This document shows, one piece after another, positions 61,016-64,000 of a DNA stretch of 64,000 bases. The stretch is from Candidatus Woesearchaeota archaeon (GTDB lineage Archaea; Nanobdellota; Nanobdellia; Woesearchaeales; UBA9642): contig JBBAAQ010000001.1 in assembly GCA_041658255.1 (NCBI GenBank), forward strand, positions 100,368-164,367. Reading direction: 5' to 3'. The first letter of the stretch is position 1. Each line of letters starts with the position of its first letter. A program made the translations under genes and the position numbers. The notes under the pieces were generated by a model that was given only the letters and a program-made list of their open reading frames with translations, had not been told where the DNA came from and did not search any database.

Positions 61016-61923
61016 TTTTTTTGGATTCTTTTTCTATATTCTTTGAGATATGTTTTTATAATATATGATATGAATGTTTCTTCTTTGTTTCTCATTTGGC
61101 TTCGCTCTAGTGCCGTGTAATACGCATTTCTGTTTGTATATTCAATATTGAGCATCGGATAACCTAAGCCACTGAGCGTGTGATTCATCATTAATCGTGA
61201 TATCCTTCCATTCCCATCACTAAACGGATGTATAGTTACGAACTTCAAATGCACTAGTGCCGCCATTAGTACTGGATTTATTTTTCCATAATATTTATTG
61301 TACCACGTAAAAAATTCTTTTAGTAATGTTTCTAATTCTGCAGGTAGTGGCAGTTCTACGTTGCTTCTTGCTATTGCTATAGGATGTTTCCGTATCATTC
61401 CTGCTATTTCCGGATCAGAATTCTTGAATAATCCTTTATGCCAGTAGAGGATGGTCGCTAAATTAAGCTTTTTTTTAAATTCTAACATCTCATAGAAGAT
61501 TTTCTTATGCGTTTCTGCCTCCTTGACAAATTTTAATGCCTTATGTTTTGGAGTGATTTGTTCTTGAAGTAAATCCGCTGTTTCTTTTAGTGTTAATGTA
61601 CTGCCTTCTATCCTGTTCGTATTATACGTGAATTTGATCATGAATGATTCAATATATTTTTCTTTTGAAGATTGCGGATACTTCTTATATTCTTTAATCC
61701 AAGATTTTTTGATTGCTTCTAATGTAGTGTCGTATAATCCGGTGAATAGTTCATAAAGAAATTTTTCTTTTATTTCATCAATATTTTTTGGCAGAGTATT
61801 GCCTAAATATTGTCTCTTGTTTTCAAAATTTTTACCAACCCGTAGTGTATGCTCGAGATAGTAATTTTTCTTTGTTCCCTGATTGATTATTCGGATATTG
61901 ACCATAAATATGGTATACGTCAC
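61012..61923 (-). CDS. Fic domain protein
   Basis: YNTNRIEGSTLT and canonical HPFSDGNGRISR. Confidence 0.9.
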   Translation of the reverse strand: MTYTIFMVNIRIINQGTKKNYYLEHTLRVGKNFENKRQYLGNTLPKNIDEIKEKFLYELFTGLYDTTLEAIKKSWIKEYKKYPQSSKEKYIESFMIKFTYNTNRIEGSTLTLKETADLLQEQITPKHKALKFVKEAETHKKIFYEMLEFKKKLNLATILYWHKGLFKNSDPEIAGMIRKHPIAIARSNVELPLPAELETLLKEFFTWYNKYYGKINPVLMAALVHLKFVTIHPFSDGNGRISRLMMNHTLSGLGYPMLNIEYTNRNAYYTALERSQMRNKEETFISYIIKTYLKEYRKRIQKN

Positions 61924-62050
61924 AAATATATAAATTTAACTAATTTTAATGAAATGTGACGTATATCCCTTCTCTTATTGTGCTATTAAGACAATAATTT
62001 CAACGTCTGTAAAAGAACACCTTTAAAAATCCCATTCTATTTCTCATCTC

Positions 62051-62318
62051 GTGCTAGACTGGGCGGTTAGTCCTCGCCTGTTACTCCAAACGGACTTTAG
62101 GGAGGGTCGAAGCCTAGGGAGCGGTTTTATGGATAGTGGCAGTCCTTAACGTACTGTCGATCCTTTGTCCTCTTTGACTTTTTTCCTTACGAACCGGATC
62201 AGACCAGGAATGGAGCAGTCCTCAGTTTTGAGAAGGGTGCTTTGAGGGTTGCGGAGGGGAGGGAAATTAAGGAACCAACTGTTCACTATCCACATCATCC
62301 ATCCTTAGGCGTGCACAC
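62051..62318 (+). ncRNA. ffs: archaeal signal recognition particle (7S) RNA
   Basis: GC-rich; Alu-like 5' part (GGCGGTTAG..CCTGTTAC..AAACGG); helix 8 GAACCGGATCAGACCAGGAATGGAGCAGTCC; 5' GTGC pairs with 3' GCAC; TTTAAAAA box ~25 nt upstream. Ends approximate. Confidence 0.88.
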
Positions 62319-62328
62319 TTCTTTCATT

Positions 62329-63225
62329 TTAAGCGCTCGTGATTCTTTGGTGTGCATATATTTTTTCAGATTTTTTTTGTTGACTTATTTTTGCCAGATC
62401 CTTCATTTCAAGTATCCGTGTCCTTTGAGTATATTCGAATTTTATCAAGTGAATACATTCTTGTTTACTATACAAATACATATTAATTTCGAAATCTGTC
62501 GGCGCATATATTTTTTGGATGGGATCAAATGTTTTGTGGGCGAGTGTAATAAAATCAGTGTCCCGGGTGAAAAAATTAATGATCCTTCCGTTTGTTGTTG
62601 CATACTTGAATATTTCGAAAAATATCTTGTCATCATTTGTGGGGATTTTTCCTATATGCTTTGATAGCAAGAGATACGATTCATGGAGTCCCTGCTCTAT
62701 TTTATAGTATGTCCACCCGCCTGTTTGCATAAATGCTTCAAGTGATGTTCTATTGTTATTAACAATGTGCCGTTTCGCAGTAATGCTTGTGTTGATAATA
62801 TTATCTCTCTGTTGGTGAATAGTATTTTCTTTGTAGGCGTGATATCCGTTTTGCATATTTTTCTTTTTGCGTTGAATATCTCTTTGTCTGTTCCCATTCT
62901 TATTAGTCTTGTATGATGCAAGCTTTTTTGGACCGAATAATTCTTCTGCAACAGTCGGACTAATGCCAACACTCGAATGACTCATCAATTTACCTAGCTT
63001 TTGATGAAGCGATTCTACTTGTTTAAGAATTATCTGGTATTCTCCCGGATACTTGTGGAGTATGTTTTCAATAGCGGCCCTCTTATCGAGTGCAATCTCC
63101 TCACCATTGTCATATGCGAGCGGGTTAAACATATTTGTGTCGAGAAATGTATCTTTTGTTTTTCCCCGTATACTCATTTGTTCGATGGTGTGAATATATT
63201 CGTCAATCGAATAATGGATAAGCAT
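62329..63225 (-). CDS. putative PIN-like domain protein
   Basis: FLDTNMF, VAEE, NDDKI, FTRDTDF acidic pattern. Confidence 0.5.
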   Translation of the reverse strand: MLIHYSIDEYIHTIEQMSIRGKTKDTFLDTNMFNPLAYDNGEEIALDKRAAIENILHKYPGEYQIILKQVESLHQKLGKLMSHSSVGISPTVAEELFGPKKLASYKTNKNGNRQRDIQRKKKNMQNGYHAYKENTIHQQRDNIINTSITAKRHIVNNNRTSLEAFMQTGGWTYYKIEQGLHESYLLLSKHIGKIPTNDDKIFFEIFKYATTNGRIINFFTRDTDFITLAHKTFDPIQKIYAPTDFEINMYLYSKQECIHLIKFEYTQRTRILEMKDLAKISQQKKSEKIYAHQRITSA

Positions 63226-63294
63226 GGAGCATCAAATACTACGTCGCTTTTAAATTTAACTATTTAGGAGTGGTATCTTGTTTGTGTTTTATTT

Positions 63295-63972
63295 TTAGTT
63301 GCCATTTTGTGCAATGATGATGAGTCGATCGTGTTTTTGCGCCGTAGGATTCTTCGGGGGGAGTATCTTCTTTTCAAGAATGTGATATCCTGCTTCTTGT
63401 ACACTTGCAATGGTTTCCGGAATGCTCTTTGGCCTTGTACGGGAAAAATATGCAGGTAATCCATAATCGACGACATTATTAGTCATCACAATCCCATCTT
63501 TTTTAATGAAATCTTTTAAGATAATAAGGAAGAGTTTATATTCAATATAATTGAATACGTGGGAGACAATGACTGCATCAAATTTTTCTTTGCCTGCAAT
63601 TTTTTGCAGAAGTTCTTGTGTACGTTTTTTGAGGACAAGAAATGAATCTCCGGCGATACTATTCAGATCGCAATAGATGGGGCTTGCTTGTGGGTATTTT
63701 TTTGCAATCCATTCAAGAACATGGCGATCATTCTCCCAGTAAAAAATATGTGTGCCTTTTTCTGGAAATCCTTCTGGGGTGATTAACGGATTAAAAAATG
63801 GTCCGACTTCGAGAATAGTTTTTCCAATTTCCGTGCGATATTTTTTAATAAATGGAAGAAGTTCTTTGCTCCCTGCAATCATGCGTTCGCGTGCATGAAT
63901 ATCGAATTCTTTTCCAAAGGGATTTTCTTTGAGCGGCCAACCCGGCCAGTCGTATGTTGGTTCGTTCATCAT
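63295..63972 (-). CDS. class I SAM-dependent methyltransferase-like protein
   Basis: ILEVGP, CDLN, FDAVIVSHVFNY, LK.DG pattern. Confidence 0.65.
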   Translation of the reverse strand: MMNEPTYDWPGWPLKENPFGKEFDIHARERMIAGSKELLPFIKKYRTEIGKTILEVGPFFNPLITPEGFPEKGTHIFYWENDRHVLEWIAKKYPQASPIYCDLNSIAGDSFLVLKKRTQELLQKIAGKEKFDAVIVSHVFNYIEYKLFLIILKDFIKKDGIVMTNNVVDYGLPAYFSRTRPKSIPETIASVQEAGYHILEKKILPPKNPTAQKHDRLIIIAQNGN

Positions 63973-64000
63973 GTCTGATAACTCTCATTATGTTACAATA

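Noticed and set aside
62242-62664. 140-aa plus-strand ORF
   Set aside because: Overlaps the SRP RNA and is antisense to the 298-aa gene

Overview
Gene-dense archaeal window. Archaeal markers are a 7S SRP RNA, TruD, a NIP7/PUA protein, a presenilin-type protease, a PGF-pre-PGF domain and BRE/TATA promoters. Gene content suggests a DPANN/Woesearchaeota-like lineage (inference). Housekeeping genes (truD, adk, pgk, long RelA/SpoT homologue, ABC exporter, HerA-like ATPase) alternate with accessory material. Two candidate undescribed systems stand out. (1) A RiPP-like cluster at ~46.4-51.0 kb: an unannotated 28-aa peptide ORF (MKVVKLSNNVLGKQEELEKFANLSNMCS) with its own promoter and RBS, a radical SAM/SPASM enzyme, a degenerate methionyl-tRNA synthetase paralogue lacking KMSKS, a BpsA/DUF43-like transferase, and a convergent M29 aminopeptidase, next to an IS481-like remnant. 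(2) A ~10.7 kb seven-gene operon at 5.5-16.2 kb lying between the two halves of a broken terC gene, encoding an Hsp90-like GHKL ATPase, a second degenerate membrane-anchored GHKL-like protein and a coiled-coil protein with a C-terminal J-domain. Also present: three serial copies of the adk 3' end, a MITE-like element, a 72-bp repeat, two inactivated toxin genes, and large surface proteins. All calls come from motif recognition by eye; no database searches were run.
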